From contig JBIOXV010000172.1 in assembly GCA_044869805.1 (NCBI GenBank), positions 14,715 to 78,714 on the forward strand: a DNA stretch of 64,000 nt. Direction: 5' to 3'. How positions within the stretch are numbered: the stretch's first letter is position 1; every line of letters starts with the position of its first letter. The notes below the pieces were generated by a model. That model worked only from the letters and a program-made list of their open reading frames with translations. It was not told the DNA's origin and made no database searches. The DNA comes from Thermoanaerobaculia bacterium. Lineage in GTDB: Bacteria; Acidobacteriota; Thermoanaerobaculia; Multivoradales; SZUA-115. A program made the translations under genes and the position numbers. Shown here piece by piece: positions 55,168-64,000 of the stretch.

Positions 55168-57789
55168 TCATCGCCAGTCGCCCTGCAGCTCGAATGCGGC
55201 CCAGAACGAGGGGGCGCGCCAGCGAGCGTCGCCCCAGAGGGCGGCGTGGGCGGCCCGCAGCGCCGCCGCCGCGGGCAGGCGTTCGGCGAGCAGGCCGGTG
55301 TAGAAGCGGCCCATGAACGCGGCGGCGGCCTCGTCCGCCACCGGCCACGAGCTGACCAGCACGCGCTCTGCCCCGGCGGCGAGAAAGCCGCCCGGCAGCC
55401 CCACGATGCCCTCGCTCTCCACTTGCTGGCCGAGCGCCGTGCGGCAGGCGGAGAGGGTGACGAGGTCCGCCGCCAGGTCGAGGCGTGCGATCTCGAGCAG
55501 CCGCAGCCAGCCGTCTCGCGGCCGGCCCTGCCGATCGACGAGCGAGAGGGCGAGCCCCGAGACCTCCGGCTGGTGGGCGTCGATCAGGCCATGGGTGGCG
55601 AGGTGCAGGGTGTGGTAGGAGCCGAGCGCGCCGCCGCGCAGGAGCTCGGCATCGGCCTCGAAGTCGAGGGCGACGAAGGCCTCGCCGGCCGGTGGCAGCC
55701 GGGCCAGGATCTCGGCTTCCCGCCGCGTCGCCGGAAGCCGCGGCAGATAGCCAGCCGGTCCGGCCGCCGGCCGGGGCGGCGACAGCCGCGGGTCCGCGGC
55801 GGAGAACACCGGATCGGCGAGGATCGCTAGCGTGCGCCCGGGCTGAGGCCGGCGAGCCGGGCGCTCCCGCAGCGCGGCGAGGACCCCGGCAGAAGGCAGC
55901 GACACCAGCTCTCGGGCGACACCCAGCGGCCGCCGCAGCGAATCGCCCGGCAGCGGCAAAGCCGCGAACGGCAGGTGGGCCAGGGCGCCGTCCGGCACCA
56001 CGACGACGCGAGGCCGGCTGAGCTCGGCGGCCACGGGCCCGAGCAGCAGCTCCGCGAGCGCCGCCGCAGCCACCTCGGCCGGGGCGCGAAAGGCGCGCTC
56101 GTGGCTGCGTGCCAGGAGCTCGTGCAGCCGGACGGCGGCGGGCTCGATCTCGCCTCGGCGAGGGAGCACGGCCACCTGCAGCGAGCCCGGCGTCAGCACC
56201 CACACGTAACTCGCCCGGCGGCCGAGGAAGTACTCGAGGAGGACCGTGTCGCCGTCGAGAAGGCCAGCGGCGCCGGCGTGGTCGAGGGCCGCGGGGCGCA
56301 GGGCCGCGGCCGGCAGGGCTGCTCGCCAAGACGCTTCCGCGTCGCGGTACTCCTCGAGCAGGGCCTCCAGCTCGCGCGCCCGCTCGGACGATTCTCTCTC
56401 CCGCCCGGCCTCGGCCAGCCGGCGTTGCTCGCCGGCCAGGGCGCTTGCCCGGCGCGCGAGAACGGTGAGCGCCTGCGCAGCGGGGTCCTCGTCGTCCCCC
56501 CGGCGCAGCCACAACTGCTCGCGCAGGCTCTGCGCTCGCGCGGCCTCCGCGGCCTCCAGTGCGCGGCCTGCGAAACCCTGCCCCGGCCGCTGCTGCTCGA
56601 GCTCGATCAGCAGCTCCACCAACAGCTCGTAGAGATCGCGCTGCGAGGCCACCCAGGAGGATCGAAGGTCGGGCCGCAGCACCCTGGCCCGGACCGAGCG
56701 CACCAGCGCCAGTGCCTCGTTCACCCTCTCCACGGCGGCCTCGGGCCGGCCGCGGTCGCGCGCCAGGCGCGCCTGCCGGGCGAGGGTGAAGGCCTGCTCC
56801 CAGGGATTCGCAAGGCGCCGCTGCACGGCGAGCGCGGTCGCCAACAGCTCCTCCGCCGCCGCCAGCCGACCCTGCCGGCGTTCGGCCTCTCCGAGGTTGC
56901 CGAGGGTGGCCGCCTCGCCTCGCAGATCGTGCTCCAGGCGCCGCAAATGGAGGGCGGCCTCGAACGCCTTCTTGGCTGCGGCCGGCTCCCCCATCTCGTG
57001 ATGCGCGAGGCCCAGGTTGTTGAGCAGGTCGGCCTCGGCCCGCCGGTCGGCCACGGAGCGATGAATCGCCAGCGCCAGGTCGAACAGCTCGCGCGCCTGC
57101 TTCGCCTCGCCTGACCGCAGCCGGACTCGGCCCAGGTTGTTGAGCGCCGCTGCTTCGCCGGCGCGGTCGCCGAGCTCACGGGTCAGCTTCAGGGCGCCGT
57201 GCAGCTTCTGCTCAGCCGGCAGCCGGCGGCCGAGACCCGTGAGCAGGACTCCGAGGTTGTTGAGCGCGGCGGCCTGGCCTGCCCGGTCGCTCAGCTCCTT
57301 GGTGAGCCACAGCGCTCGGCGGTGGAGCTCGAGGGCTTGCTGCACCTCGCCGAGGTCGGCATAGAGCGTCGCGAGATTGTGGGTGGTCTCGGCCTCCGCC
57401 GCAGGATCGCGCGCGTCCCGGCGCAGCGCCAGCGCCTGCTCGAGCAACTTCACCGCTTCGACGGCGCCGCCTTCCTCGACCGCGAGCAGACCGAGGTTGT
57501 TGAGCACCGCCGCCTCGCCTTGCCGGTGGCCGGCGGCGCGATAGATCTCGAGCGTCCGCTCGTAGATCACCTCGGCTGCCGGCCGATCGCCTCGCTCGGC
57601 CGCGACCTGGGCCTCTCGAAAGAGCTCGGCGGCGAGAGCGATCTCACCGGCCGAAGGCTCCTGGGCCGAAGCGCCTTGGGCCGAAGCAGCTGGGGTCGAA
57701 GCCACTGGGGCCAGGACCGGCAGCGCAAGAAAGACCAGCCACAGGGCGCCAGCGCGGGCCGGGAGAGAGAGCGGCTCCCAGCCGAGCAT
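55168..57789 (-). CDS. TPR-repeat protein with a C-terminal CHAT (caspase-like) protease domain, secreted
   Basis: A signal peptide is followed by at least 7 TPR units with a recurring AAALNNLG motif. The C-terminal CHAT domain has a His/Cys dyad (LHLATHG ... LVTLSACRTA). The start is the ATG at 57787-57789. Confidence 0.8.
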   Translation of the reverse strand: MLGWEPLSLPARAGALWLVFLALPVLAPVASTPAASAQGASAQEPSAGEIALAAELFREAQVAAERGDRPAAEVIYERTLEIYRAAGHRQGEAAVLNNLGLLAVEEGGAVEAVKLLEQALALRRDARDPAAEAETTHNLATLYADLGEVQQALELHRRALWLTKELSDRAGQAAALNNLGVLLTGLGRRLPAEQKLHGALKLTRELGDRAGEAAALNNLGRVRLRSGEAKQARELFDLALAIHRSVADRRAEADLLNNLGLAHHEMGEPAAAKKAFEAALHLRRLEHDLRGEAATLGNLGEAERRQGRLAAAEELLATALAVQRRLANPWEQAFTLARQARLARDRGRPEAAVERVNEALALVRSVRARVLRPDLRSSWVASQRDLYELLVELLIELEQQRPGQGFAGRALEAAEAARAQSLREQLWLRRGDDEDPAAQALTVLARRASALAGEQRRLAEAGRERESSERARELEALLEEYRDAEASWRAALPAAALRPAALDHAGAAGLLDGDTVLLEYFLGRRASYVWVLTPGSLQVAVLPRRGEIEPAAVRLHELLARSHERAFRAPAEVAAAALAELLLGPVAAELSRPRVVVVPDGALAHLPFAALPLPGDSLRRPLGVARELVSLPSAGVLAALRERPARRPQPGRTLAILADPVFSAADPRLSPPRPAAGPAGYLPRLPATRREAEILARLPPAGEAFVALDFEADAELLRGGALGSYHTLHLATHGLIDAHQPEVSGLALSLVDRQGRPRDGWLRLLEIARLDLAADLVTLSACRTALGQQVESEGIVGLPGGFLAAGAERVLVSSWPVADEAAAAFMGRFYTGLLAERLPAAAALRAAHAALWGDARWRAPSFWAAFELQGDWR

Positions 57790-57818
57790 GGCCAAGGCTG
57801 CCCAGCGCGTCGTCAAGG

Positions 57819-58613
57819 TCAGGGCTCCTCGAAGACGGCGCGATACTCCTCGATCAACGACTCGCTCCCGCCGCGAACGCCCAGCAGGCGGAAGCGCAGC
57901 TCTCCCACGGCGAGGCGCTGCGGCAGGAGCAGCGAGAAGCTCCCGGACTCGCCCGGCTCGACGGCACCCTGCCACAGGGGCTTGCCCGACCTTTCCTCGA
58001 CCGAGAGACGATAGGAGGTGAAGGCCTGGGCGTCGGCGGGCGGCGTGAGCAGGACGGTGACCCAGCGGGCCGCGCGGGGCAGGGAGACGCTCTGCGGCCC
58101 CTCCTCGCCCCGTGGGCGGAAGCTCCCGGGGTAGAGGTCGACGACCGCCGCACCCGCCTGCGGCTCGAACGCCGCACGCAGCCGCGAATTCTCGGAGGCG
58201 AGCGAGAAGGCCCACAGGCCTAGCCCCGCGGCAGCCAGGAAGAGCGCGGCTACAAGGCTCGGCACGAGCCTGTTCGCGAGCTGTCGCCGAGATCCCGGAA
58301 GCGAAGCCGGGGAAGGCGCGGCCGGCGGGAAGGCGCGGGCCACCACGGCGTCGACCGCGGCCGCCAGCGCCTCCGGCTCGAGGTCCACATCCGGCTGAGC
58401 GTCGGCGGCGAGCGCGCGCAGCTCGAGCGCCCGGTCCGTGCACTCGCGGCAGGCGGCGAGGTGGGCCTCGATCTGGTCCCGCTCCGCCGCCGCCAGCTCG
58501 GCCTGGGCGAAGGCTCCGAGCGCAGCGGGCGAGGGATGCTGCTCGGAGCCCTCGGCGAGGAGGGCGAAGGCCTGGTAGAGCTCTGCCTCGGAAAGTGGAT
58601 CTCGCTCGTTCAC
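57819..58613 (-). CDS. Anti-sigma factor, zf-HC2 type, single-pass membrane
   Basis: HLAACRECTDR (HxxxCxxC) lies at the N-terminus with a central TM helix (LVPSLVAALFLAAAGLGLWAF). It starts with GTG, 4 nt after the sigma-gene stop. Confidence 0.65.
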   Translation of the reverse strand: MNERDPLSEAELYQAFALLAEGSEQHPSPAALGAFAQAELAAAERDQIEAHLAACRECTDRALELRALAADAQPDVDLEPEALAAAVDAVVARAFPPAAPSPASLPGSRRQLANRLVPSLVAALFLAAAGLGLWAFSLASENSRLRAAFEPQAGAAVVDLYPGSFRPRGEEGPQSVSLPRAARWVTVLLTPPADAQAFTSYRLSVEERSGKPLWQGAVEPGESGSFSLLLPQRLAVGELRFRLLGVRGGSESLIEEYRAVFEEP

Positions 58614-58617
58614 GGCC

Positions 58618-59217
58618 TCATCCTTCGCCTCTTCGGTCCTCGCCGGCGAGCTCGGCCTCGAGCCGCTTCCGCGCCTGGTACAGGTGCGCCTTCACGGTAT
58701 CCACGGTCAGCCCCATGAGGACCGCGATCTCGCCGTAGCTCCTCTCCTGGTACACCCGCAGCGCAAGGCAGGTGCGCATCCGCGCCGGCAGGCGCTCGAT
58801 CGCCTGCCGCAGCCGCTCCCGCCGTTCCTTGGCGAGCGCCTGGCGCAGCGGGTCGTCCGCGAGCGGTGCCCGAGCCACCTCCGCCAAGGCCGATCCCTCC
58901 GGCAGATCCACCATGGCCGTCTCGCCCTGGCGTTTGTGCGCGCGTACGCGGCGCACCGCCTTGCGCAGCACGTTGGCCGCGATCTCGAACAGCCAGGGCT
59001 CGAAGCGCGTGGCCTGGCGGACCTCCGCCAACCCTCTTACGATCCCGAGGAACGTCTGCTGGGTTAGATCGCGCGCCTCCTCGTCGGCGAGGCCCCGCCG
59101 CACGAAGTAGCGGTGCACCGGGCGGTAGTAGGCCTCGACTAAGCGCCGGAAGCTCGCTTCGCGGTCGCTCCCCCGCCGCCACGCGGCGACCAGCCGATCG
59201 ATCTCCTCGCGCTCCAA
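58618..59217 (-). CDS. ECF-type RNA polymerase sigma-70 factor
   Basis: Region 2 (DLTQQTFLGIVRGL) and region 4 (ERSYGEIAVLMGLTVDTVKAHLYQARKRL) are visible. There is no in-frame ATG, so a TTG start at 59215-59217 is inferred; an alternative TTG lies at 59264-59266. Confidence 0.7.
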   Translation of the reverse strand: MEREEIDRLVAAWRRGSDREASFRRLVEAYYRPVHRYFVRRGLADEEARDLTQQTFLGIVRGLAEVRQATRFEPWLFEIAANVLRKAVRRVRAHKRQGETAMVDLPEGSALAEVARAPLADDPLRQALAKERRERLRQAIERLPARMRTCLALRVYQERSYGEIAVLMGLTVDTVKAHLYQARKRLEAELAGEDRRGEG

Positions 59218-59299
59218 GCGCCGCCAGTCTATTGCTCTGCCGTGACCGGTCTCTGCAAGTGACCCCAACGCTCCCGCGCCCTGGCGCGTCTTAGAGAGC

Positions 59300-59878
59300 G
59301 TGGAACGAACGGTGGTGCTGGGAGAGCTGACGCTGCGACCGATCGAGGCAGAGGAAGCGGGCGAACGGTTGGAGCGGCTCTTCGACGCCCACCACCAACG
59401 CCTGTTTCGCCTGGCGCGGCGGCTCAGCTCGGACGCCGAGGAGGCCCGCGACCTGGTACAGGAGACCTTCCTGCGCGCGGCGCGGCGGCCGGCGGCGGTC
59501 CCCGAGGGCGAGAGTGGCGGCGAGGCCTGGCTGGTGCGCGTACTGGTCAACCTCTGCCGCGATCGTTACCGGCGCCGCTCCGTGCGCCAGGAGTCGCGGC
59601 CCGCCCTGGCGGTGCCGAGTGCCGTCCAGGACCCGGCGGAGGCGGCCGTGGCCAGGGCGTCGGTGACCGCGGCGCTGGCGCGGCTTCCGGCGCGGCGGCG
59701 GGCCGTGGTGGTGCTCGCCGAGCTCGAGGAGCTGCCGAACGTGGAGGTGGCGCGGCTCCTGGGGATGGCCAAGGTCACCGTGCGCTGGCATCTCGCCGCC
59801 GCGCGCAAGCAGCTCGCCGTGATCCTGCGGCCGGTGCTGAAGGCGCCCGGTGCTCGCATCGAGGAGGTGGAACCATGA
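59300..59878 (+). CDS. ECF-type RNA polymerase sigma-70 factor
   Basis: Region 2 (DLVQETFLRAARR) and region 4 (LEELPNVEVARLLGMAKVTVRWHLAAARKQL) are visible. It begins with a GTG start. Confidence 0.8.
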   Translation: MERTVVLGELTLRPIEAEEAGERLERLFDAHHQRLFRLARRLSSDAEEARDLVQETFLRAARRPAAVPEGESGGEAWLVRVLVNLCRDRYRRRSVRQESRPALAVPSAVQDPAEAAVARASVTAALARLPARRRAVVVLAELEELPNVEVARLLGMAKVTVRWHLAAARKQLAVILRPVLKAPGARIEEVEP

Positions 59879-60465
59879 GCTCGAACCGCAAGCCCGAGAC
59901 GGACCTGACCCGGCTGCTGCGGCGGGGAGACCCGGCCTTGGAAGGCGAAAGTCTGCCGCCCACCGACGTGGCGCGGATGCGCCGCAGCATGCTCGCCGCG
60001 ATCGAGGCGGCGGTCAGGCCACCCTTGCTCCCCTGGCGGCCGGTACTCGCCGCGGCCGGCAGCGTGGCCCTCGTCTTCGCCTTGGGGGTCGCCTGGTGGA
60101 GGCTCGGACCGCCGGCCGGATCGAGAGAAGAGAAGCTGGCCGTCGTAGTCGGCGTACCAGAACCGCCTGGCCAGATGCTTCCCGCCGAGCCGGCAGGCGC
60201 CAGCCGCGGAACCGCGGCGGCGCAGCAGCAGCTCACCCGCAGTGCACCAGCTCCAGGCGCCATCACCCCTGCGTCGCGGCCGGCTCGCAAGCCGCGGCCC
60301 GCTCGGCCGGGTCCCGCTGCCCCGCGGGCGGCGCCGGCCTCCCCGGCGGGGGCCGCGGTCCATGCCGCACGCCAGGTCGAGTTCGAAACCCCGGGCGGGA
60401 CCCGTGTCGTCTGGGTCCTCGACCCTTACTTCTCTCTCCACCCAACGGAGGTTCAAACCCGATGA
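59875..60465 (+). CDS. Putative anti-sigma factor / membrane protein cognate to the preceding ECF sigma
   Basis: Its ATG overlaps the sigma stop (ATGA). A single TM helix is present (VLAAAGSVALVFALGVAWW). The remainder is Pro/Ala-rich and no zinc motif is visible. Confidence 0.45.
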   Translation: MSSNRKPETDLTRLLRRGDPALEGESLPPTDVARMRRSMLAAIEAAVRPPLLPWRPVLAAAGSVALVFALGVAWWRLGPPAGSREEKLAVVVGVPEPPGQMLPAEPAGASRGTAAAQQQLTRSAPAPGAITPASRPARKPRPARPGPAAPRAAPASPAGAAVHAARQVEFETPGGTRVVWVLDPYFSLHPTEVQTR

Positions 60466-61238
60466 AGATCCTGCGACTGCCTTGCCGGCCCTGGTCTCTG
60501 CTCGCCCTGGGCCTAGTCTGGGCCGTGGCCCTCGCGCTCCCCATGCCGCTTTCCGCGGCAGAAGGCGGGAAGGTGGATGTCTACGAGCGCGAATACATGC
60601 TGCGCCAGCTCTCGTCGCACGAGGCCGAGGTCCTGCTGTGGGACCAGTGCCCCAAGCCGCCCACCGGAGTGTGCCGTGTGCGCGGCACCGGGCTGCGGGA
60701 CGGCGTGTGGGTCATCGTCGTGTACGCGGACGACGCCACCCACGCCCGCATCGCTCGCGCCCTCGCAGCGCAAGACGTGTTGCCGGCCACCCACGCCTTC
60801 CAGGTGGTCTTGCTCCTCGCCGACCGCCAGACCGGCGGCATCCCCAAGGAGCTGCCTGCCAACACGCAGAAGGCCCTGCAGGATGTGGTGGGCTTCCTGC
60901 CCTTCACCCGCTTCCGCGTGCTCGACTCGGGCTGGGTGCGCACCGCGGGCGACGGCCAGTTGCTGCTGGGAGGCTTGGCCGGCCCACCCATCCAGGTGAC
61001 GCTCGAGCTCGGCCGCCGTGGGGGCGACCAGATGTACATGCAAGGCTTCCAGGTGGCAGCCCCGATCGTGCCGCCGAGCTACGATCCCAAGGACGCGAAG
61101 AACCCGCCGCACTGGCCGATGCGCATCCTGATCAACACCGCCTTCGGGATCAGGCTCGGCGAAACGCTGGTGGTCGGCACCTCGAGGCTCGACGGAGGCG
61201 ACGAGGCGCTGGTAGCGCTGGTGAGCGCCGTGGAGTAA
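60462..61238 (+). CDS. Secreted hypothetical protein
   Basis: Its ATG overlaps the preceding stop. A signal peptide is present. The 258-aa ORF has native composition and no recognised family. Confidence 0.5.
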   Translation: MKILRLPCRPWSLLALGLVWAVALALPMPLSAAEGGKVDVYEREYMLRQLSSHEAEVLLWDQCPKPPTGVCRVRGTGLRDGVWVIVVYADDATHARIARALAAQDVLPATHAFQVVLLLADRQTGGIPKELPANTQKALQDVVGFLPFTRFRVLDSGWVRTAGDGQLLLGGLAGPPIQVTLELGRRGGDQMYMQGFQVAAPIVPPSYDPKDAKNPPHWPMRILINTAFGIRLGETLVVGTSRLDGGDEALVALVSAVE

Positions 61239-61308
61239 GGAGCATGTGCGGCGTGGCCCGCGCGGGCGCTACCCAGCCGTGGGGTAGTCTTCGCGCGGAC
61301 CGCCGACC

Positions 61309-62901
61309 GTGCAGACCGCCAGCGCAGAGCCGATCGCCACAGCCTCATCGCACCCGGATGCCGCCCCCGCACGCTCCCGTCGCGCCGGGATCCTCCTCCA
61401 CCCGACCTCGCTCCCCGGCCCTTTCGGCATCGGTGACCTGGGCCCGGCCGCGGAGGCGTTCCTCGACTGGGCGGCGAGCGCCGGCCAGGGGACCTGGCAG
61501 GTGCTTCCCCTCTCGCCCACGGGCTACGGCAACTCGCCCTACAGTGCGCTGTCTTCGTTCGCCGGCAACCCGCTGCTGATCTCTCCCGAGGCGCTGGAGC
61601 GCGACGGCCTGCTCGACGCGGCGGAGCTCGAGCGGCTGCCGCGGAGCGCCGGCTCCCGCGTCGACTTCCCGGCGGTGCACGCCGCCAAGGCCGCGATACT
61701 CCGCGCCGCGTGGGAGCGCTTCCGTTCGACACCGCCGGCCGGTCTCGGCGACGCCCTCGAGCTTTTCTCCAGCGTCGCCGCGACCGCCGCCTGGCTCGAC
61801 GAATGGTGCCTGTTCGCGGCACTGCGCGACCGCTTCGCCGGCCGGCCCTGGCCGGCCTGGGACCGCGAGCTGGCGCACCGCGAACCCGCGGCCCTGGCGA
61901 CGGCACGCCGCGAGCTCGAGGCGGAGATCGCCTTCCGCCGCTTCGTCCAGTTCCTCTTCTTCCGCCAGTGGCAGGCGATTCGGGAGCGGGCGCGAGTGTT
62001 GGGCATCGAGGTGATGGGCGACCTGCCGATCTACGTGCCGCTCGACAGTGCGGACGTGTGGTCGCGCCAGGACCTGTTCGAGCTCGACGATGGCGGCCGG
62101 TCGCTCGCGGTCTCGGGTGTGCCGCCGGACGCCTTCAGCAGCACGGGCCAGCTCTGGGGCACGCCCATCTACCGCTGGGACCGCCTCCGCGACGAGGAGT
62201 TCGGCTGGTGGGTCGACCGCCTGCGCGCCAGCCTGCGCTTCGCCGATCGCGTGCGGCTCGACCACTTCCGCGGCTTCGAGTCGTACTGGCGCGTGCCGGC
62301 CGAGGCCGAGACCGCGATCGACGGCCGGTGGGAGCCGGGGCCGGGCCTCGGTCTCTTCGAGGCCTTCGAGCGTGGCCTGGGGAGGCCGAACCTGGTCGCG
62401 GAGGATCTGGGGGTGATCACGCCCGAGGTCGAGTCGCTGCTCGAGGCGACCGGCCTGCCGCGCATGAAGGTCTTGCAGTTCGCCTTCTCCGAGGCCGACA
62501 GCAAGCACCTGCCGCACCACCACCTGCCCAAGGCGGTGGCCTACACCGGCACCCACGACAACGACACGGTGCGCGGCTGGTTCTCCGGCCTCGGCCCGGA
62601 GGAGCGACAGAGGGCGCGGGATTACCTGGGGCTGGAAGAGCGAACCGGGAGCGGAGGGGAAAGCGGCATCGAGTGGGCGATGATCCGCGCCGCGTACACC
62701 TCGGTGGCGGAGACCGCCGTGGTGCCGCTCCAGGACGTGCTGGGCCTGGGCAGCGAGGCGCGGATGAACCGGCCGGGAAGGCCGGAGGGCAACTGGTCGT
62801 GGCGGGCGCGGGAAGAGGAGGTCCGCGCCGGGCTCTCCGCACGCCTGCGGCGGCTGGCCGAGATCAGCGGCAGGCTGAGCTCGGCGTCGCGCACCCCCTG
62901 A
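61309..62901 (+). CDS. malQ: 4-alpha-glucanotransferase (amylomaltase, GH77)
   Basis: GILLHPTSLPGPFGIGDLG, LPLSPTGYGNSPY and PDAFSSTGQLWGTPIYRW match GH77 MalQ. The true start may be a little downstream of the called ATG. Confidence 0.85.
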   Translation: MQTASAEPIATASSHPDAAPARSRRAGILLHPTSLPGPFGIGDLGPAAEAFLDWAASAGQGTWQVLPLSPTGYGNSPYSALSSFAGNPLLISPEALERDGLLDAAELERLPRSAGSRVDFPAVHAAKAAILRAAWERFRSTPPAGLGDALELFSSVAATAAWLDEWCLFAALRDRFAGRPWPAWDRELAHREPAALATARRELEAEIAFRRFVQFLFFRQWQAIRERARVLGIEVMGDLPIYVPLDSADVWSRQDLFELDDGGRSLAVSGVPPDAFSSTGQLWGTPIYRWDRLRDEEFGWWVDRLRASLRFADRVRLDHFRGFESYWRVPAEAETAIDGRWEPGPGLGLFEAFERGLGRPNLVAEDLGVITPEVESLLEATGLPRMKVLQFAFSEADSKHLPHHHLPKAVAYTGTHDNDTVRGWFSGLGPEERQRARDYLGLEERTGSGGESGIEWAMIRAAYTSVAETAVVPLQDVLGLGSEARMNRPGRPEGNWSWRAREEEVRAGLSARLRRLAEISGRLSSASRTP

Positions 62902-62917
62902 GCTGCCGTCGGGCCGC

Positions 62918-63523
62918 TCAGGAGGGGCGCTTCGCGCCCAACAGGCTGCCGAGCACGCCGATGCCGCTCGCCGCCAGGTCGTCGAGCATCGAGCCGTCGC
63001 CGTCGCGGTCGAAGAGCGAGCCCAGGGAGCCCATCAGATCGGGCGCCGCTTCGGTGGCGCGCGTCTGCTCCTTTTCGAGCAGGTCGGAGAGCCCGCCAGC
63101 GTCGAGGTCGCGTCGCCGTTGCAGCTTGCCGAGCGCCGCCATGACGATCGGCGCCAGCAGGGCGAGGATGCGCGCCACCTGAGCGCCGTCGAGGCCCGAG
63201 GAGCGGCCGAGGGTGCTCTCCACGGCATCCCGCTTGCCTCCCAGCACGTGGCCCAGGATGCCGTCACCGAGCGAGAAGTTGCCGCCGCCGAGGAAGCTCC
63301 CCAGGTCGTCGAGCAAGCTGCCGTCGTGATCGCGGTTGAGAGCACCGAGGATCGACGCGGCGTCGCCCGCGCTGGCGTTCCTCGCCAGCGCGCTGACCAG
63401 CATGGGGACCGCGGTCTCGACGACGTTGCGGGTGGCCCCGATGCCGGTGCCGGCCTGCCGGCTGATCTCGGCGACCGTGTCGTCGCCGAGGTGCTGACCC
63501 AAGAGGTCGAAGATCGAGGACAT
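62918..63523 (-). CDS. DUF937 (YidB-like) domain protein
   Basis: MSSIFDLLGQHLGDD is followed by repeated GSLLDDLG-type motifs typical of DUF937. Confidence 0.65.
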   Translation of the reverse strand: MSSIFDLLGQHLGDDTVAEISRQAGTGIGATRNVVETAVPMLVSALARNASAGDAASILGALNRDHDGSLLDDLGSFLGGGNFSLGDGILGHVLGGKRDAVESTLGRSSGLDGAQVARILALLAPIVMAALGKLQRRRDLDAGGLSDLLEKEQTRATEAAPDLMGSLGSLFDRDGDGSMLDDLAASGIGVLGSLLGAKRPS

Positions 63524-63578
63524 GCGGTGCTCCTCCTATTGACCGGAGCTCACGATTTTGCCGAGGCGGCGCCAGAGG

Positions 63579-64000
63579 CTAGTGCGGCAAGGGCGGCTGG
63601 GCGGAGATCGAGCGGCCCTTGTGCTCGGCCAGCGGGCTGGCAAAGCCGGCGCAACCGTCGAGCTCGAGCAGGCGCTCGGTCTCGACGATGCGCGGGCGCT
63701 CGGCGAAGCCGTCGCCCGCTGGCACGCGCTCGAGATAGGTCTGTTTCAGACGCCGGTAGTTGGCGCGGCTCGAGAAATGGACTACCAGGCTCTTGCGCGT
63801 CAGTGCCGGCACCTCGGGCGTCGAGCCGCCATGGAGCAGCGAGTGGTGCCAGAGCAGGGCCTCGCCGCGCCGCGGCGTGAAGGGCACCACCGCGAGGTTC
63901 GCGCGCCGCATCTCGGCGCGGTCGAACTCCTCCATGGCGCGGATCTCGGCCTCGCCGTGGCGCTTGTGATCGAAGCGATGCTCGCCTGCCGCGAGCTGGT
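63579..64000 (-). CDS. Phytanoyl-CoA dioxygenase (PhyH)-family protein, C-terminal part (gene continues past the window end)
   Basis: LLWHHSLLHGGS and HFSS..YRR look like a PhyH-like 2OG-Fe(II) oxygenase C-terminus. The frame stays open to base 64000, so the track's M at 63935 is probably internal. Confidence 0.45.
   Translation of the reverse strand, partial: QLAAGEHRFDHKRHGEAEIRAMEEFDRAEMRRANLAVVPFTPRRGEALLWHHSLLHGGSTPEVPALTRKSLVVHFSSRANYRRLKQTYLERVPAGDGFAERPRIVETERLLELDGCAGFASPLAEHKGRSISAQPPLPH

Noticed and set aside
57000-57560. Recurring nucleotide motif ccNaggttgttgagc at about 57011, 57130, 57255 and 57490, which looks like a spaced repeat array.
   Set aside because: The spacing is irregular and the repeats are in-frame codons for the TPR consensus AAALNNLG in the CHAT-TPR gene. 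This is neither CRISPR nor intergenic repeats.
1-64000. Search for tRNA, rRNA, CRISPR, transposase/integrase genes, IS inverted repeats and low-GC islands indicating horizontal transfer.
   Set aside because: None was recognised. GC content and codon usage are uniform, and the only AT-richer stretches are short intergenic promoter regions such as 9251-9507. A proper tRNA scan by covariance model was not possible by eye.

Overview
This is a high-GC (about 70%) bacterial chromosomal segment with gene-dense, mostly housekeeping and envelope content. Two families in the window (an ADOP-type double-FtsX permease and a VWFA-related Acidobacterial-type protein) point to Acidobacteriota-like ancestry; a FYDLN_acid zinc-ribbon protein is also present. 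I recognised no rRNA, tRNA, CRISPR array, IS element or integrase. Because of the GC content almost every real gene has a long Arg/Gly/Ala-rich shadow ORF on the opposite strand, and several ORFs in the track are real genes joined to spurious upstream extensions. Gene calls were made from protein-family recognition, signal peptides and overlap patterns. The layout, from the start of the window, is as follows. (1) A complete type IV pilus assembly operon pilMNOPQ on the minus strand, followed co-directionally by three lipoproteins carrying Ig-like domains (Big/PKD, IPT/TIG). (2) rpmB, then on the minus strand relA/spoT, secDF, yajC, tgt, a LolA-like protein and a stand-alone type II thioesterase. 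(3) A plus-strand run of a FYDLN_acid protein, folK, a LON N-terminal-domain protein and an HD phosphohydrolase. (4) A Cys-type sulfatase with its FGE maturase, a TIGR01777 epimerase-family protein and an ABC exporter. (5) A fusion of an NADH-dehydrogenase-like domain with SelD, then the ADOP permease, yebC and several metallopeptidases (a DUF2265 aminopeptidase, M64, and an M1 peptidase with a TPR tail). (6) The most unusual region, about 38.0–52.9 kb: the glycogen genes glgA, glgC and a GH57/DUF3536 hydrolase (malQ lies about 8 kb further on) are interleaved with four ATP-grasp ligases, three of them close paralogs. The same stretch carries an S51 (peptidase E/cyanophycinase-like) peptidase, an esterase with an Ig-like/CBM48-like N-terminal domain, and the M1-TPR peptidase, with several translational couplings. 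I read this as a candidate uncharacterised ligase/peptidase module tied to glucan storage. (7) Next comes a minus-strand run in the order ECF sigma, zf-HC2 anti-sigma, TPR-CHAT protease, OMP beta-barrel, VWFA-related protein, back-to-back with a second ECF sigma/anti-sigma pair. (8) The window ends with malQ, a DUF937 protein and a partial PhyH-family gene.
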